From assembly GCA_963707215.1 (NCBI GenBank), contig CAVPPB010000002.1, positions 256,001 to 320,000 on the forward strand: a DNA stretch of 64,000 nucleotides, in the 5' to 3' direction. Below the pieces are notes generated by a model that was given only the letters and a program-made list of their open reading frames with translations, ran no database searches and was not told where the DNA came from. The stretch comes from an uncultured Chloroflexia bacterium (GTDB lineage: Bacteria; Chloroflexota; Limnocylindria; Limnocylindrales; CSP1-4). This document shows, piece after piece, positions 62,278-64,000 of this stretch. Both the position numbers and the translations under genes were made by a program. Each line of letters opens with the position of its first letter. Position 1 is the stretch's first letter.

Positions 62278-64000
62278 ATGCCCGGACGGACCATCCTCAG
62301 CCGACTCGGTACGTTCCTCTGCGGTGCGGCCGTCGTCATCGCCCTCGCGCTGCCCACGGGCAGCGTCGCGGCCGCCGAGCCTTCAGCCGGGCCCGCCGTC
62401 CAGACCCTCGAGGGCGTCATCGAGACCGCCGCGCCTGCTGGCCGCGTCAACGCGCGAGCTGCGGCGGGGCTGGGCCTCAGGGAGCCCACGAGCGTCGGCC
62501 CGTCACTACCGCTCCCGGCCGGCCCGGTGAGCGCGCTGACGGCCCCGGTCGAGCCCTCGGCGGCACCCCCCGTCGCCACCGTCACTGGGCCGGCGGATCT
62601 CGCGTCCGTCGGCTTCGCCGGACTCGACTCGAGCAGCCTCCCGGCCGGGTGGGCTGAGAACCCCGGGTGGTCGGGCGTCGCCGTCGGCCCGTACGACGTC
62701 GTCCAGACGACGAGCTCCGGGTTCCGTTTCTCGGATCGAGCAGGTCGCGGCGCCTGGGAGGTGACCTACACGGACTTCCTCGGCTCGAGCCAGATCTCGG
62801 TCGCGCTCGACGGGCGAGTCGCCTGGGACGCGGAACATGAGCGCTGGATCGCCGTGGCGACCGCGGTGCGGTGCGGCTGGTGGCCCGAGGGCTACCTCAT
62901 GATCGCGGTCTCCGAGACCACGGACCCACAGTGGTTCTGGTCGTACTGGCTCCTCTCTACCGGGGACATCCCTCCCGATCGTGCCGACGTTGGGCAGCTC
63001 GAGCAACAAGGTGGTCGTCGGCTACTACGGTGCGCCGATCACCGGCTCGGGCTCCTGCTTCGACTGGGCAGGGGACGCACAGCACTAGCCCTCGTCGTGT
63101 GGACTGGTCGTCGCTGATCCCGCCCGGGACCTCGACTTCTACTGAACGGGTCCAGCAGCATCCGGGGGATCGGTGGCCGTGGCGACCGGCCCTGAACGAT
63201 CCGGGCAGCCGGCCGCGCCGGCCTATGCGGTCGCTCGCGACGCCGACGGCATCGAGCTCGCGACGATCACGGGACGGTGGCGTCGGGCATCGTGTGTCGG
63301 TCGACGAGCTCGTGGGGCGTTGCGCCGCCCCGACCCCCGATTGGTCCGGCCCGACCCGACGTCGTTCGGCGGGGAACCGAGCTCTTCATGGTCGCCAGGC
63401 GATCTCTGCGACCCGGCCCTCGACGGGACCGCTCCGTGCGTGCGCATCTCCTCGGTGTCGACGAGCGGCACGAGCTGGCTGCAGGACTTCACGATCGGGA
63501 TCGAGGGTCAGGACGTGTCCCAGGGCGCTGTCGAGGTGGCCGGCGACGGGACGCTGCACGTGACGTTCAGCGCCCGCCCATCGAGCCCGCAGGCTGGCGT
63601 CGGTGCATCGACCTGGGCCGTCCACCAGGCCAAGACCGCGCCGGCCGGGACGGTCAGCCCCCCGACGCTGATCGCTCGGGGTGCCTACCTGCCGTCGGGC
63701 GACGTCCTCGGCGGCGTCAGCAGGCTCGCGCCCGACCCGAGCGACCCACATGCGGTCTGGCAGGCCGACGCCTACGGCGGCCGCCCCGGCGGCGGCTGGT
63801 CGACCTGGGTCTCGCAGCTCCGGACGGGCGTGCCGGAGGCCCCGGCAGGCTTGCTCTCGATCGAGTCCGGGCGACCCACGACCCACGCCCTCGATGTCCG
63901 GCTCTCCGCCGTCCCGGCCAGCGGGTCCCGGATCCTGCTCTCGAGCTCCAACGCCACGGCTGCCGGGAAGCTGTCGCATGCGCTGGACCTCGAGCCGTCG
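62278..64000 (+). CDS. Secreted hypothetical protein, several frameshifts around 62990-63450, runs off the window
   Basis: GGAGG RBS and signal peptide; coherent protein to about 62990 and again from about 63450 ([18 protein letters not shown]) in another frame. Confidence 0.5.

Overview
Very GC-rich (roughly 70%+ by eye) bacterial chromosomal segment with about 50 CDS and two tRNAs (Lys-UUU, initiator Met). I found no rRNA, CRISPR array, integrase or transposase. Gene content and style resemble Chloroflexota (Limnocylindria-like) or Actinomycetota; this is inference and not verified. Main blocks: (1) an anaerobic purine-catabolism-like cluster (two PLP enzymes, Xdh-family Mo/Fe-S fusion, SsnA, YgfK); (2) amine/amino-acid catabolism and uptake genes; (3) a membrane protein-WYL regulator-SAMHD1-like HD operon; (4) an HTH-GAF-GGDEF diguanylate cyclase with a palindrome in its promoter; (5) the top candidate, an operon in which a DsrL/NfnB-like NAD(P)H Fe-S flavoprotein is translationally coupled to a split cytochrome b6/subunit IV, followed by a Rieske protein, a cytochrome c-cupredoxin fusion and a Kelch protein; (6) OTC/arginine deiminase, PPK2 and a P-type ATPase that has lost the canonical acidic Ca2+ ligands; (7) lipid, ECF sigma and RNA helicase genes. 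Several genes carry apparent single-base insertions, most likely long-read assembly errors. Many genes look leaderless (TANNNT 6-8 nt before the start codon). All calls come from motif recognition by eye; no database searches were run.
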